Below are positions 37,860-51,583 of a stretch of DNA of 64,000 bases, one piece after another. Source of the stretch: Eledone cirrhosa. Its lineage: Eukaryota. The stretch spans positions 308,946,001 to 309,010,000 of the forward strand of contig OZ024740.1 of NCBI GenBank assembly GCA_964016885.1, given 5' to 3'. Positions within the stretch are counted from its first letter, which is position 1. Each line of letters begins with the position of its first letter. A model generated the notes under the pieces. It searched no databases. It was not told the origin of the DNA and saw nothing but the letters and a program-made list of their open reading frames with translations. Position numbers and translations under genes: made by a program.

Positions 37860-39398
37860 TCCAGCAGTTGCCAACTTCTATCACTATCTGTCACCTGCAA
37901 CCCGTTCTCTAGCCGAACAGTCTTGCCAAGAAAAAAGCTTGGTGTGGCACCACATGGATCAATCAAGAGGTCAAAGATGCCATCTAAGTAAAGAAGGAGG
38001 CTTACAATGCTTGGCTTGGAAATAAGTCCTCCTTCTTGCACTTGTGACACAAGCAGGCACGAAGAATCACAACAGAAACAGTAAAGGCATCCAAAGTTAA
38101 GACATGGGAGGAATTTAAGGTTAAGTTGGAATCCAACTTCGCATCAGCAAATAAAATGTTGTGATTCATCGTGCCTGCTTGTATTGCAAGTGCAAGAAGG
38201 AGGACTTATTGTGAGTTGGAGAGAATACTTTGCTAATTGCGTAAACCTGATCACAATGGCATCTTCTGATGTACATGAAGTACATCTGGGAGCGGTGACT
38301 AATCTCTTAGAGGCGATGTTACAAGCAGTTAAAGAGCTCAAATTTAGCAAGGCTTTTGAGGAAGATGAAATCCATCCTGAGATGTTAAAAGCCTTAAATA
38401 GAGAAGGTATTCACTGGCTGACTTGTGTGTACCAGGTAGCCTGGATCTTTGGAAAGGCACATAAGCAATGGCAATCTGGAGCGATAATCCAAATTTTCAA
38501 AAAGGGAGACAATAAAGATTGTTTCAATTACAAGGGGATCTCCTTGTTAAGCCTCTCCAGTAAAGTTTATTCTAAGTGTCTGGCAAAGAATGCAGGGAGA
38601 TTGTTGAGTCCAAGCTAGTTGATGGACAGTGCAATTTTCGCTTCAGACGCAACGCAGCTGACCAAATATTCACACTGTTGCAGGTATTTGAGAAATCATG
38701 GGAGTATTACCAAGAGGAATATTTTTGTTTTGTAGACCTTGAAAAGGCATATGACCACGTTCCTCGGGACCTGTTGTTGAAGGTTCTGCAGGAGTATGGG
38801 ATCGATGGTCAGTTTTTTGCTGCCCTGATGTTTCCTTATGAATGCTCGCGTATTTGTGTTTTGGTAAATGGTACTAAATCGAAACCCTTCAATGTGGGAG
38901 TCGAACTTCGCCAAAGGTGCATACTGTCACCTCACCTGTTCATTATTTATGTGAACAGGATTGATATGCACAGCCAGGTTGGAAGTGGTATCATGACTGG
39001 TTGGTGTAAAATCAATTGACTGGAATTTGCAGACGACATGGAGTTGCTTAACTTGATGGGTGATTTCCGACTTGCACTTGATAGGCTTGATGCTGAGTGC
39101 TGCATGACTGGAATGAAAATCAGTGCGGCAAAAACTGAGACACTTGTCCTCTGAAGGAAGCTTGTGCTGTGTACTTTACATGTGAATGGAGTTCCACTCA
39201 AGCAGGTAGAGAAATTCAAGTATCTTAAGGCCATGTTCAATGAGTGATGGAAAGCAGGAGGCTGGCTTAAGAGCAAGAATTTCAGGAGCTGGTGCAGTAA
39301 TGCACCAGCTTCAGCATTCAGTAATCAGAAGAAGGGAGGTATGTGTAAAAGCCAAACTCGCTATCTTCAATTCGGCATTCATGCCAACCTTTACCTAC
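37860..39398 (+). pseudogene. RTE family B LINE RT fragment
   Basis: NYKGISLLS, FVDLEKAYD, LRQRCILSP, EFADD; many frameshifts. Confidence 0.88.
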
Positions 39399-39600
39399 TC
39401 TACGTCTGTATACATCTATGTATGTACGTATACATACTTATATTTAAGCATCAGCCATACTAAGAGTGAGAAATGAAATTTCATTTTTTCGATTTATCAT
39501 TTTCGGTACGCCTGGTCGACTAACTCACTCGATATGCAAATTAGGCTGCTCAGCCGTTAATATGCATAAGGAAAGTATATACTTTCAAACGTACAATCGA

Positions 39601-39669
39601 CTGACAGGGAGGTATACGGTGCTGATGACAGTTAATAAGTTAGAAACTAGTTCATCGTTCCTTTGTCAG
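39601..39669 (+). ncRNA. Type I hammerhead ribozyme motif (candidate)
   Basis: ACGGTG-CTGATGA(39622-39628)-14 nt-GAAA(39643-39646)-CTAG-TT-CATCGT; palindromic ACTAGT stem III; stem I extends via CTGACAGGGA/TCCTTTGTCAG; stem II weak. Confidence 0.55.
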
Positions 39670-40357
39670 TATTGAACAAAAGGGCAATGATGGTTGTCGA
39701 ACACTGTACGGCTTAATTCGGGCTGTTTGTTTACAAAGAAACTGACCATTATAATAAATGTTCGGTAAACCCATACCTACATATATATGTGTGCATGTAT
39801 GTATGTATATACATACTACTGTACGTCTGTATACATATATGTATGTACGTATACATACTTATATATATATATATATATATGTAGGAAAAGGGTCAGGACC
39901 CCAACGGCAGAGCTGAAGCCATTTCGACGGCTATTTCTAGACTATTACTATTACCCACTCTACTACCCATAGTATCGAGTACTCTGGTGCGTTATGGTCC
40001 ACCTGGTTCCTTACCACACTTCCTTCGTTATATATATATATATATATATATATGTGTATATATATATATAGGTAGTAGAGGTGCAATTGAATTGCATTCA
40101 CATGTGGTATGCCAAGATGAGCAGTCGATGCTCTTGGGGAGCAGAGTATCAATAATAATAAATAGGAACAAAGAATCAGTATTATGTCATTTACATATTT
40201 AATTACATATTACATGTTTCACAGACAATCTGAGAAGCTCGCGATTCCAGAGTCAGGAAAGAACACTATTTGATCGTTCCTTGAACTGATCGGTAGTGGA
40301 ACATATGTAATATATAATTAAATATGTATATGATGCAATACTGATTATTCTTTGTGC

Positions 40358-40490
40358 CCTGGCAGTATCAGTAGAGGGTTGGACGCCATGCTTTCCACGG
40401 TCTGAGTTCAAATCCCGTCGAGGTTAACTTTGCCTTTCCTCCTTAAAATAAAGTACCAGTAATGTACTGGCCTTGTACCAAAAGTAGAAA

Positions 40491-40497
<7 letters not shown>
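40358..40497 (+). mobile_element. SINE family A, internally deleted
   Basis: TGGCAGTATCAGTAGAGGGTTGGACGCC..CTGAGTTCAAATCCC..AAGTAGAAATAATT. Confidence 0.8.
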
Positions 40498-40545
<48 letters not shown>

Positions 40546-40547
<2 letters not shown>

Positions 40548-40885
40548 AGGCACGTGGCTTAGAGCATTGGCGTTGCAATCGAAAGGTTGTGAGTTCAACT
40601 CTCAGACCGGGTGATGTGGTGTTTCTTTGAGCAAGACACTTTATTTCACATTGCTCCAGTTTACTCAGCTGTAGAAATGAGATGATAGGGACTGGGGTCC
40701 CTATCATTCCACTGCAAAGTGGTCGTGCAGGTGCCACGGCAAAAAAGCACCCAGCACTCACTGTAAATGAGGTTGGTGTTAGGAAGGGCATCCAGCTGAA
40801 GAAATCAAGCCAGAATCAGTTCCCGTCCCACCCTTGCAAGCAGGGAAAAGCGGACGTAAAATGAAATGATAATGATGATGATGAT
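40546..40885 (+). mobile_element. Composite SINE: tRNA head, family B core, RTE 3' tail
   Basis: GGAGGCACGTGGCTTAGAG head, GAGTTCAACTC B-box-like, core, then the tail shared with RTE family A ending in (GAT)n. Confidence 0.8.
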
Positions 40886-41168
40886 ATATACATACATAGA
40901 AGGATACCCATGAAACATGATGAGGTTTATAGTACAAACAAATTCTATGTAGAGATGTTTCAATCCTCAATTATTTTTGAGGTTCTCCCTTGTGTCACTC
41001 CGGCCATTGTTGTATTCCACTTTACATTCATTTAAATCAAATACGATAATTTTCTTCTATTTATCCATGAACCTCTCTCTCCATCTTCGAACAATTGGGA
41101 ATTATGTTTTGTTGTTGTTGTTGTTCTTGACTGAAGATACATTGGTAAATATACATCTATCTATCTAT

Positions 41169-41437
41169 ATAAACCTGTAGGTTGAGGAAGATAAACAGAG
41201 GTAAGAAAAGAACACCTACAAAACATGTTCCTAGTGTTGAGGGTTGTTCTATCCACGGGGTGTAAAACAACCCTGCAGTAACGTTGCCCCCTATTGGGGA
41301 TTTCAATTGTTATTTTATTATATATAGTTTATTGTTATTTATTAATGTTAAAGTTATATGATTTTTATGTAAAACCCCTGCCGTCACGTCTTGTAATGTC
41401 CCATTTTTGTACGCCCCTGTGGCAAATAAAGAAAGAT
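41169..41437 (+). mobile_element. Third Tx1/L1-family copy (3' UTR only)
   Basis: Matches 8271-8520 (CCTGTAGGTT..GTTGAGGGTTGTTCTATC..TGTGGCAAATAAAGAAA); flanked by ATCTATCTATCTAT at 41155-41168 and 41438-41451. Confidence 0.85.
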
Positions 41438-41667
41438 ATCTATCTATCTATTTAGCAATATCTATAATATATAGAAAGATAGATAGATGAATAGATAGGT
41501 AGGTAGGTAGGTAAGTAGGTAGGTAGCTATAAGGATGGGTAGGTAGATAGATGGATAGGTAGATAGGTAGGTTAGTAGATAGATAAAGGGATAGACTGAG
41601 AAAAGAGGTAGGTAGGCAAACAGATAGACAGAGTGTGAGTAAGATTCAAACAGACAGACAGCTAGAT

Positions 41668-42010
41668 TAACAGAAGTACCGGTCGCCCTCCGACAGATTT
41701 ACGGTCGTGCCCTTGGTAGTGGAGACTTCTGGTGTCCTTGGTCCTAGGGCTACCTCCCTACTCACCGTCATAGGCGCTGAGCTGCCCAGTCGCAGGTGTG
41801 AGCCTTGTGAGATGGAATGGCTCTTCCAGTGCATCTCCCTTACCACCCTACATTCTGTCCGCCGGGGCTGTGGGGAAGCCAGCACGTAGGACCCTATTTG
41901 CTCACCATATAGAGAGATGAGGAGGGCGAGAGAGATGGAGGCGATGACAGTGGGAGTTTGGCTCTTCCACGTTCGGACCTTATCCTTGCGGTTGTGTTTA
42001 TCATCTACAT
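41668..42010 (+). pseudogene. CRE-like RLE retrotransposon 3' end
   Basis: QKYRSPSDRFTVVPLVVETSGVLGPRATSLL..WLFQCISL resembles the KY..PLAVET.G..QRIS C-terminus; sits in TAGA/TAGG repeats. Confidence 0.7.
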
Positions 42011-42502
42011 AGAACATTAATTAACATTTGAATTAATTGAATTAACAAAGCTGTCATTGATTTAGCTGTAATCACTAAATAGGTAGATAGACCTATAGAG
42101 AGGCAGACAAACATGTAGATAGGCAGACAGGTTGATAGGTGGGTAGGTAGATAGGTGGGTAGACAGATGCTTATTATGTCTGAAGATAAACACATAGGTT
42201 GATAGCTACAAATACCTGTTGTCAACACTATGAGAGAGGCTGGGGGAAGGGGGATATATCAAAGCACATACATGCTCAAATTACCACTTCCCAAACACAT
42301 CTATCATAAAGTGTTTGTCACATGATCGTGCATTTTATTATAATATATATATACAGTATATATATATATAGTTATGTAATAAACAACATAAGGTAATTAT
42401 TTCATTTACCAGTGGTTTCTTGAAAGCAAACAAATTTTGCTTTCAATCATCAGAATGAAAAAATCCTGGTGTATTTATTGACATTGGATTTTTCACATAT
42501 AT

Positions 42503-42552
<50 letters not shown>

Positions 42553-42739
42553 AACACACACAATCCCCCCATATATATATACACGTATGTGTGTGTATCT
42601 ATGTAGCATCTATCTATGTGTGCGTTTTTGTAGTTTTATTTTTATATATTGATCCCAATACTTATTGTCTCAAGTCTAGTACTTATTTTATCAATCACTT
42701 TTTGTCGAGCCAATAAGTCACGAAGCATAAACACTAACA

Positions 42740-42990
<251 letters not shown>

Positions 42991-43815
42991 AGTTGAAAAC
43001 GGGCGAAGTTCTATACAAATCGAAGATCATAGGCAAAAAGTAAAAAATGAAAAAGCACAGCGATATATTTAAAGATTATTCTGTCGGATTAAAGAAAAGA
43101 AAAAAAAATCTGTAATTATAACCCTGTGCTTTTTCACTTTTAATTTTTGTATATATGTATATATATATATATAATATATATATATCCACACACACACTTG
43201 TACACATGTGTACAAGTGATATTTTAAAATAAAGTAAATATTTCTAGACAAATTTGAATTTTAAAAATATCTTTAAAGATTCTGATACGGTTTCGTTTCC
43301 TTCCTGATAACACCATCCATCTCTGTCGTTTATATACGCGAGAAGGGCATGAACACCACATAATTTCGCAATATCGTCTGCATTTGAAAAATTCTCTACG
43401 CAAGAAATCAATATATATATAAATATTATTCTTCAATGTAAAAACGATATTATATATATATAATATATATATATATATGTGTGTGTGTGTATAAATATAT
43501 AGAGGTATATATATATATATATATAGGTTCATACACACACGCACATACATACACCAATTCTACATATAGTGAGTGAGAGAGCGAACAAGGAACTCGTCTT
43601 GACAGATACGCGCACTAGCTGTCACTCCCTTGCTTTCAATTTATTTATCAGTCTATCTGCCTGCGCCTCACCCTCAATCTGTTCATCTTAGTCTATCTTT
43701 TCTACCTCTCCCTCTCTCTCTATTTAGCCGATCTTTAGTTCAGACATCTGTCCTGTCCATATTCTCACATAATTCTTCTCAAACAAACTCTAAAAACCAA
43801 ACACAGGAGGACTAA

Positions 43816-43865
43816 ATGGCTACCGTGGACACTGCTGATGACTCACAGAAAAGACAAGGAACCAG
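43816..43865 (+). CDS. Candidate first coding exon of an unidentified host gene (MATVDTADDSQKRQGT-)
   Basis: Apparently unique, CpG-retaining region with CT-rich leader, stop codon just before ATG, and donor CAG|GTAAAT at 43866; no downstream exon identified. Confidence 0.4.
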
Positions 43866-44579
43866 GTAAATCTCTATTCCTGCAATATTATTTTCTAATC
43901 AAAAGCCACACTATTACCCGATTTATCCCATCTACTGCTATCGAAGATAGTCAACTTTCTTACCAACCGCTCTCTTCTTATCTTTCCTCTCAATCATTCT
44001 ACGAAAATTAATAATTCAAAATAGCATTTCTTATATATTTTCTACCTTTCACTCTTCTTTATTTTAATAAGCACACCACATACTCATACATGTAGATTTG
44101 TGTGTGAGTTTATCTTTCTCTCTATCTACACATATAGATAGTTTCTTTATCTTAATGACGAGTGATGATGATAATCTTCGTGTGTTTGTAAATCCAAAAC
44201 AAGAATGTCGTATGTGTTATGTAGTGGAATATTCTTTCCTTATTCCACTGTAGAAACGGAAAAACTTGGTGCTATGATGACCGAATTTTTTAGCATCGGT
44301 CACGGTAGAGCTTATAGTCGCTATGCTATACCGAATCTTATATATGTATGTTTGTATGTGTATACGTGTCTGAGTATATTTGCCCTAACCTTAATTGATA
44401 GTCAGCGGCTACTATGTGGTCACAAACTGGGGGAACAAATAATGATATATATTCATCTAATTTGTAATCTTCTTATTTCTCTGGTCCTTTCATTCCTTCT
44501 TAATCCACATTTGTTTTCTTTCAATACAACCAACCTTATACATACCTAGAATCCTTTAAGACTAATCACTCTATCATTA

Positions 44580-44609
44580 CATACACACACAGATACATAT
44601 ATATGTACG

Positions 44610-44645
<36 letters not shown>

Positions 44646-45081
44646 TGTATGTGTATGTATGTTTGTGTATGTATGTATGTATGTATGTTTGTGTATGTAT
44701 GTATGTTTGTGTATGTATATATGTGTATATGTATGTATGTATGTATATATGTGTGTATGTATGTATATGTATGTATGTATATATATATATATATGTATGT
44801 ATGTATGTATATATATGTGTGTATGTATGTATGTATGTATGTGTATATATATATATATATGTGTGTGTATGTATGTATATATATATGTGTGTGTATGTAT
44901 GTATATATATGTGTGTGTATGTATGTATGTATATATATATGTGTATGTATATATACATACAGGAAGAAGGGCTTATGCCCGAAACGTCGTTCCCCACCCC
45001 CAAAGGTTTATTAGTGAAACTAATAAACCTTTGTTCGTACTGCCTCTCTGTTTTGTTCCCGTTCCATTTTTCACTATATAT

Positions 45082-45123
<42 letters not shown>

Positions 45124-45462
45124 ATGTATGTATATATGTATGTGTATGTATGTATATATGTGTGTATGTATATATATATATGTGTATGTATGAATGTATA
45201 TATGTGTATGTATGAATGTATATATGTGTATGTATGAGTGTATATATGTGTATGTATGTATGTATGTATATATATGTGTATGTATGAATGTATATATGTG
45301 TATGTATGAATGTATATATGTGTATGTATGTATGTATATATATATGTATGTATATATGTGTATGTATGTATGTATATATATATCTGTATGTATGTATATA
45401 TGTGTATGTATGTATGTATGTATCTATGTATGTATGTATGTGTATGTATATATGTATGTATG
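44580..45462. repeat. (TA)/(TATG) compound microsatellite containing a ~115-bp insert (44961-45076)
   Basis: Direct inspection; part of the insert recurs inverted at 52516-52566. Confidence 0.95.
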
Positions 45463-45662
45463 TCATCATCATCGTTTAACGTTCACTTTCCACGCTAGCA
45501 TGGGCCTGGACGGGAATTGTCCCATTTGAGGCAAGATTGCTTGTCTTGCGCAGGACTGCCTGGCGGGTCTTCTACGGCTGGATGCCCTTCCTAACACCAA
45601 CCACGTAAACAGTGTGGACTGAGAGGTTTTTACCGTGTTACCTACAAGGCCACATTACAGCT
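45463..45662 (-). mobile_element. RTE family A 3' UTR fragment
   Basis: Matches 16770-16978. Confidence 0.85.
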
Positions 45663-45711
45663 GTATATATATATGTATGTATGTATGTATATGTATGTGT
45701 ATATGTATGTG

Positions 45712-45743
<32 letters not shown>

Positions 45744-45757
45744 TGTATGTATATATC

Positions 45758-46354
45758 TCAGGTCACCAGTTGGTGCTACTAGTAACATGTATCCCAGTAC
45801 AACCTGTCTCATGGTCGGGTCGTTGGCGACTAAACTGGCAACCCCACCAAGGTTTCTTGGTGAGGAGGGTGACTTTGGACATCCTGCAGGACTAGAAACA
45901 AAACCTGTCAAAGGGCAAAGGAGCTCTTAAGAGTCAAAAATCACTGGGGGAGATGACCCCTTAGCCTTTGTCAAGGCAGAATTCTAGGAGAAGGAAAACT
46001 CTGATATAACACCTGCAACCCTGATAGTATCCAATGATGTTGATTTGTTCTTCTTTTTAGTAAATATCATCTTAGTTAAGAGAGTGGGACTGGCTTTGTG
46101 CAGTGCCTTTGCTCACTATAAAAGCTTCACGGCACAGGCATTGCTTTATATCTGCAGATCTCTCTGCACTTGTCGTCACATGGTACCATGGGCCCAGCAC
46201 TATGTCTCAATAATTGTCACAAGTGTAGGGTTTGTACCAGAGTTTTCAAGTCGCTGGCTGGACTAAAAAGTCACACTCGTTCAGCGCATCGGTAGGGGTT
46301 CTCCTACATGGATATAAAGTAGTGGCCGTACTCGAAAACGAGTTGGCAGCCACC
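45758..46354 (+). mobile_element. Bipartite non-autonomous RTE-derived retroelement, full length
   Basis: RTE 5' UTR-like half (CTAGGAGAAGGAAAACTCTGA) joined to a 3' half encoding [25 protein letters not shown] (C2H2) and a terminal stem-loop CTCG-AAAA-CGAG; (ATGT)n tail. Confidence 0.8.
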
Positions 46355-47539
46355 ATGTATGTATGTATATATATATGTATGTATGTATGTATATATGTAT
46401 GTATGTATGTATATATATATGTATGTATATATATATGTATGCATGTATGTATGTATATATGTGTATGTATGTATGTATATATATATATGTGTATGTATGT
46501 ATGTATATATATATATGTGTATGTATATATATATATATGTGTGTATGTATGTATATATATATATTTGTATGTATGTATATATATATATATTTGTATGTAT
46601 ATATATGTGTATGTATGTATATATATATATATTTGTATGTATGTATATATATATATATTTGTATGTATGTATGTATATATATATATATTTGTATGTATAT
46701 ATATATATATTTGTATGTATATATATATATATTTGTATGTATATATATATATATTTGTATGTATGTATATATATATATATTTGTATGTATATATATATAT
46801 ATATTTGTATGTATGTATATATATATATATGTGTATGTATATATATATATATTTGTATGTATGTATATATATATATATGTGTATGTGTATATATATATAT
46901 ATATGTGTATATATATATATATGTGTATGTATATATATGTGTATGTATGTATATATATATATGTGTATGTATGTATATATATATATGTGTATGTATGTAT
47001 ATATATATATGTGTATGTATGTATATATATATATGTGTATGTATGTATATATATATATGGGTATGTATGTATATATATATATGGGTATGTATGTATATAT
47101 ATATATGGGTATGTATGTATATATATATATATATGTGTGTATGTATGTATATATATGTGTGTATGTATGTATATATATGTGTGTATGTATGTATATATGT
47201 GTGTATGTATGTATATATATATGTGTGTATGTATGTATAAATATGTGTATGTATGTATATATATGTGTGTATGTATGTATATATATATGTGTATGTATGT
47301 ATATATATATGTGTGTATGTATGTATGTATATATGTATGTATATATATATGTGTGTATGTATATATATATGTGTGTATGTATGTATATATATATATATGT
47401 GTGTATGTATGTATATATATGTGTATGTATGTATATATATATATATATGTGTGTATGTATGTATATATATGTGTATGTATGTATATATATGTGTATGTAT
47501 GTATATATATGTGTATGTATGTATATATATATGTGTATG

Positions 47540-47582
<43 letters not shown>

Positions 47583-48645
47583 ATATATATGTGTGTGTAT
47601 GTATGTATGTATATATATATATGTGTGTATGTATATATATATGTGTGTATGTATGTATATATATATGTGTGTATGTATGTATATATATGTGTATGTATGT
47701 ATATATATGTGTGTATGTATGTATATATATATGTGTATGTATGTATATATATATGTGTGTATGTATGTATGTATATATGTATGTATATATATATGTGTGT
47801 ATGTATATATATATGTGTGTATGTATGTATATATATATATATATGTGTGTATGTATGTATATATATGTGTATGTATGTATATATATGTGTATGTATGTAT
47901 ATATATGTGTAAATATGTATGTTAATATATATATGTGTAAATATGTATGTTAATATATATATGTGTATATGTATGTTAATATATATATGTGTGTATGTAT
48001 GTATATATATATATGTGTCTATGTATGTATGTATATATATATATGTGTCTATGTATGTATATATATATATATGTGTCTATGTATGTATATATATATGTGT
48101 CTGTATGTATATATATATATATGTGTCTGTATGTATATATATATATGTGTATGTATGTATGTATATGTGTGTATGTATGTATATATGTATATGTGTGTAT
48201 GTATGTATATATATATATATATGTGTGTATGTATGTATATATGTGTGTATGTATGTATATATATATATATGTGTATGTATGTATATGTGTATGTATGTAT
48301 GTATGTATATATATATATATGTATGTATGTATATATATATATGTGTATGTATATATATATATGTGTGTATGTATATATATATATATGTGTATGTATATAT
48401 ATATATATGTGTATGTATATATATATATATGTGTATGTATATATATATATATGTGTATATATATATGTGTATATATATATATGTGTATATATATATATGT
48501 GTATGTATATATATATATGTGTATGTATATATATATATGTGTATGTATATATATGTGTATATATATATATGTGTATATATATATATGTGTATATATATAT
48601 ATGTGTATGTATATATATATATGTGTGTATGTATATATATATATA
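46355..48645. repeat. (TA)/(TATG) array, ~2.3 kb
   Basis: Direct inspection. Confidence 0.98.
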
Positions 48646-49197
48646 TGGTCGAGTCGTTGGCGACTAAACTGGCAACCCCACCAAGGTTTCTTGGTGAGGA
48701 GGGTGACTTTGGACATCCTGCGGGACTAAAAACAAAACCTGTCAAAGGGCAAAGGACCTCTTAAGAGTCAATGGCCATCCAAAATCACCGGGAGAGATGA
48801 CCCCCTTAGCCTTTGTCAAGGCAGAATTCTAGGAGAAGGAAAACTCTGATATAACACCTGCAACCCTGATGGTATCCAATGATGTTGACTTGTTCTTCTT
48901 TTTGGTAAATATCATCCTGGTTAAGAGAGTGGGACTGGCTTTGTGCAGTGCCTTTGCTCACTATAAAAGCTTCACGGCACAGGCATTGCTTTATATCTGG
49001 AGATCTCTCTGCACTTGTCGTCACATGGTACCATTGGCCCAGCACTATGTGTCAATAATTGTCACAAGTGTAGTGTTTGTACCAGAGTTTAAGTCGCTGG
49101 CTGGACTAAAAAGTCACACTCGTTCAGTGCATCGGTAGGGGTTCTCCTACATGGATATAAAGTAGTGGCCGTACTTGAAAACGAGTTGGCAGCCACC
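48645..49197 (+). mobile_element. Second copy of the bipartite element (slightly 5'-truncated)
   Basis: Near-identical to 45811-46354. Confidence 0.88.
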
Positions 49198-49369
49198 ATG
49201 TGTATGTATATATATATATATATATATATGTGTATGTATATATATATATGTGTGTATGTATATATATATGTGTGTGTATGTATATATATATATATATATG
49301 TGTGTATGTATATATATATGTATGTGTATGTATATATATGTGTGTATGTATATATATATATGTGTGTAT

Positions 49370-51496
49370 GTCATCATCATCATCATCATCATCGTTTAAC
49401 GTCCATGTTCCACGCTTGCATGGGTTTGGACGGGAGTTTTCCCACTTGAGGCAAGAGTGGTTGTCATTGCTCGCATAGGACTGTCTGGCGGGTTTTCTAC
49501 AGCTGGATGCCCTTCCTAACACCAACCACATTTACAGTGTGGGGCTGGGAGGTTTTTACCGTGTTGCCTACAGGGCCACATTACAGCGTGGACTGTGTGT
49601 TTTTTTGTCGTGACACCTACACGATCTCATTTGTTTCGGCCTGGATGTTGTGGCACCAACATAACTTTACATTGAAAGGGGCGGCGGTGTGGATTTGGTG
49701 GGGGAGGTGGGACGGGGGGGGGGGGGGGTGTATTTTGTTAGAGATGCCTACTGACTGTAGTAGGTTTTACTTTGTCTTTAGGTAAGGCGGGTCTTCTCTA
49801 TTACTGAGTACCGCCAAAGGTCTCGTTCCAGTGACATTGTCTTGGAGAGGTGTAAGTGTGTGAGGTCGGAATTTATCAGCTCGTCCCAGGTTTTTCTGGG
49901 TCTGCCTACTCCGTGGCTACCGTCTATCTTTATTGCCCTGCACTTTGTTATACAGCTGTCGTCTTTCATGCGCATCACGTGACCATACCAACGTAGCCTT
50001 CTCTCGAGTAAACAACATCTGATCCCTCTTATTTCTAGTCTTTTCCTTAGCTCGTTTATGCTTTGCCGTTCACGTATATTACTATTACACATCCAGCGGA
50101 GCATGCAAGCTTCGTTCCTCTCTAGTCTGCGTATATCCTCTGCACACAATGCCCAGGTCTCACTGCCATTCAACATTGCTGTTCGTATGCAGGCATCATA
50201 CAACATGCCTTTCATTTTTAGGGAGAACCCTTTAGCGGCTAATAGTGGTATAAGCTCTCTGAACTTTTTCCATCCAGTTCTGACTCTAGCTACTGTACTT
50301 TCAGAGCACCCTCCCCCACTGCTAATTTTGTCACCCAGGTAACAGAAGCTGTCCACTATTTCTATAGAACCCTCTGCGCAATTGAAAGAGCTAGTATTTT
50401 GTGGGCACTTGCTGCTACTTATTGCACCAGAGCACCAGCCTCTTGTAAAATCTGTGTTCTTAGTTAGCTTACCTGTGATCCCACTACATCTTTTATGCAC
50501 CCATACTTTGCATTTGGGACATAAAATGGAGTTTCTAGCTACGCCTTTCCTACACACTGAGCATGGCCACTTCCCGGAAGGGACCGCCGCCTTATTTTCT
50601 CTCTTACAAACTAGAACTTTAGTCTTAGCCAGGTTAATTTTAAGGCCTTTTGATTCTAGGCCGTGCTTCCATGTTTGGAATTTCTTCTCTAGCTCGGCCA
50701 TTGATTCAGCTATGAGCGTTAGATCATCTGCGTATAGGAGTTCCCATGGGCAGCCGGTCTTGAACTCCTCTGTTATAGCCTGAAGGGCAATAATAAATAG
50801 TAGGGGGCTAAGAACAGAGCCCTGATGGACACCAACTTTTACGCTAAACTCTTCACTATATTCGTTGTTAATTCTAACCTTGCTGACTGTTTCTTAATAC
50901 ATGGCTTGTATAGCTCTCACAAGCCATTCGTCAACACCTAGTTTTCTAAGAGCCCACAAGATAATGGAACGGGGGACTCTGTCGAAGGCTTTCTCCAAGT
51001 CGACAAAAGCTAAGTATAGGGGTTTACTTTTAGCTAGGTACTTCTCCTGTAGTTGTCGTACAATGAAAAGGGCGTCTGTGGTACTTTTGCCTGACACAAA
51101 CCCGAACTGCATTTCATCTAGATCAATTCTCTCTCTGATTAGTTGCGCTATTACTTTTTCCGTGACCTTCATGACCTGGTCGATTAATTTAATGCCTCTA
51201 TAGTTACTCCTATCTAGGGCATCTCCTTTACCCTTATAACAGTTAATGATGATGCTGCTATGCCAGTCCTTCGGAACAACCCCATTCTGTACGACTTGGT
51301 TTACTATCACCGTTCCAGATGCCTTCAGCATCACAGCAACTATTTCCGAAGGCCCAGCTGCCTTACCCGTCTTCATATCTTTGATTGCCTTACTTATTAT
51401 ACTACCTTCGACTAACACTGCTGGTCCCTCTATTGGGTCGATGTGGGGGAGACTGTCTTTCTCCCATTTATTCTCCTCATTTAGTAGCCTTTCGTA
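49370..51496 (-). mobile_element. RTE family A LINE, second close copy
   Basis: Near-identical to 16758-18895; same RT and PHD-like finger; small deletions and a frameshift. Confidence 0.95.
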
Positions 51497-51583
51497 TATG
51501 TATATACATATGTATATGTATATACATATGTCATCATCATCATCATCATCATCACCGTTTTACGTCCGTTCTTCCATGCTAGC

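Noticed and set aside
43835-43851. CTGATGA..GAAA hammerhead-like match
   Set aside because: No stem II or III and no UH partner; lies in the candidate coding exon.
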